From Polymyxa betae A26-41 (taxonomy: Eukaryota; Protista; Endomyxa: Phytomyxea): a stretch of 64,000 nucleotides of DNA. How positions within the stretch are numbered: the first letter of the stretch is position 1; each line of letters starts with the position of its first letter. Below, one piece after another: positions 62,865-64,000 of this stretch. The notes beneath the pieces were generated by a model. That model worked only from the letters and a program-made list of their open reading frames with translations. It was not told the origin of the DNA and searched no databases. Both the position numbers and the translations under genes were made by a program. The stretch is from positions 1 through 64,000 of the forward strand of contig RBZT01000527.1 in NCBI GenBank assembly GCA_003693705.1. Reading direction: 5' to 3'.

Positions 62865-62982
62865 ATTGTATATCTGTTAACATTCGTTTATCGCATTGTT
62901 CAATGCATGAAATCTGAACAAAAATAAAAATGCAAGTAAAAACTATTATTGTACATTGGCATATAAAATTAAGGGAAATGAA

Positions 62983-64000
62983 TTATGTTGATGTATGAAG
63001 ACGTTGGGTATTATTGTTCGAAGGTTTAGCCTCATTGATGACGATCTTCATCGCTCCTTCGACTAACGACGATCGCGTCTCTTCTAAATATTTCTGTCGG
63101 GTTATAACATAGTTGTACATGTTCGGACTACCCAGAAAGTTCAAAGTGGCGATTTTTCGGAGCGAAAGCGACTAACCTTCCTGCCCTGCCAACACTAACC
63201 AGATTGAAGTGAAGGTTTTCGTAGAACGTTCGAACAAGGCGATTCGACCGATCGACGCCGCAGAGGATCCGGTGCAGGCGAAGATTATCAAAGCCGTAAT
63301 CGAGAACGGAGAGGTGCAGATCTTGAGCCCAGCCATCATCCCAATATTGCTTATGTATAACCAGATCCAGCTCTCCTGAGCTGGTCATGGGATCCAGACG
63401 ACTGAAACCCATCGATCCAACTAATTCATCACCACGAAATACGAAGAACGCCAATCCTTTCTGAAAGCAGATAAAAATGTTACCTAAACGTTTCCAAGAG
63501 CGAATTTAAACGTTTATTAGCAGCAATGCTTTCCTGCCATTGAGATTATAAAAAAATTCAGAGAAATAGTGTGAAAACAAAATGTTCTTAAACACAGATA
63601 AAGCAGGCAAAATCGAAATGCGAAAGTGTTTCTCTAATAAAGTGATGTCACCTGCTGTGATTGATGAGCAGATTGTGTGCGAACTTTAGCATGGATCTGA
63701 CGAACAGTCTGCTGAGGAATGGGGCGAAACGAGACCAGTTGTTCGGGTTTCATTTGGGTCAGATTGCAGAACAAATCAAGATGCAGGGCGGTCGTCTCAG
63801 CGGCCGTTATTAGGACCAGACCTTGTAATGTTTGCAATCGCAGAGATTCAGGAATATCGAACTGCAAGGAGCGTCGTGAGGCAACACGTTGCTGGGACGA
63901 ATGCCGACTTCCGAAAAGCCTTACCCACCACCTGGGAAGCCTGCGAGTCCAGGCCCAGAGGCCAGCGATGACAAGAACGGCAGCGAGGTAAACCCAGGGG
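62983..64000 (-). CDS. GNAT N-acetyltransferase (RimJ/RimL-like), multi-exon; 5' end may lie at or beyond the window edge
   Basis: ELVGSMGF...GELDLVIHKQYWDDGWAQD...LDYGFDNLRLHRI...N...RTFYE. Confidence 0.75.

Overview
Gene-dense eukaryotic genomic DNA with many short (~45-60 bp) GT-AG introns and one 102-N assembly gap (25197-25298). The compact introns, 7TM-RGS and PA-7TM receptors, HLDLSLEN-type kinase and Whirly protein suggest a non-photosynthetic SAR protist, possibly a plasmodiophorid (inference only). The standout is one spliced ~1760-aa gene (3438-8924, +) that the ORF track splits into three ORFs. It joins a fatty acyl-AMP ligase (FAAL), a catalase-like heme domain of the allene oxide synthase/hydroperoxide lyase type, an FAD oxidoreductase resembling PUFA isomerase, an ACP and a thioesterase. 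This looks like a self-contained, PKS-free assembly line for modifying fatty acids or making oxylipins. Recognisable housekeeping genes are PEX5, a UBR1-type N-recognin, SRP72, GDP-L-fucose synthase, KRI1, a ZCCHC8-like protein, DedA, an STI1-domain protein, a PtpB-like phosphatase and a GNAT. About 11 kb (21.3-31.6 kb) is decayed transposons: two LINEs sharing a structured T-loop-bearing 3' UTR, a Copia gag, a pogo-like fragment and a MITE. There is also a Mutator derivative with a 9-bp TSD, a GT60 pseudogene, and a 5.5-kb gene built from eight duplicated exon modules carrying an NWFQRG motif. All family assignments are motif recognition from memory; no searches were run.
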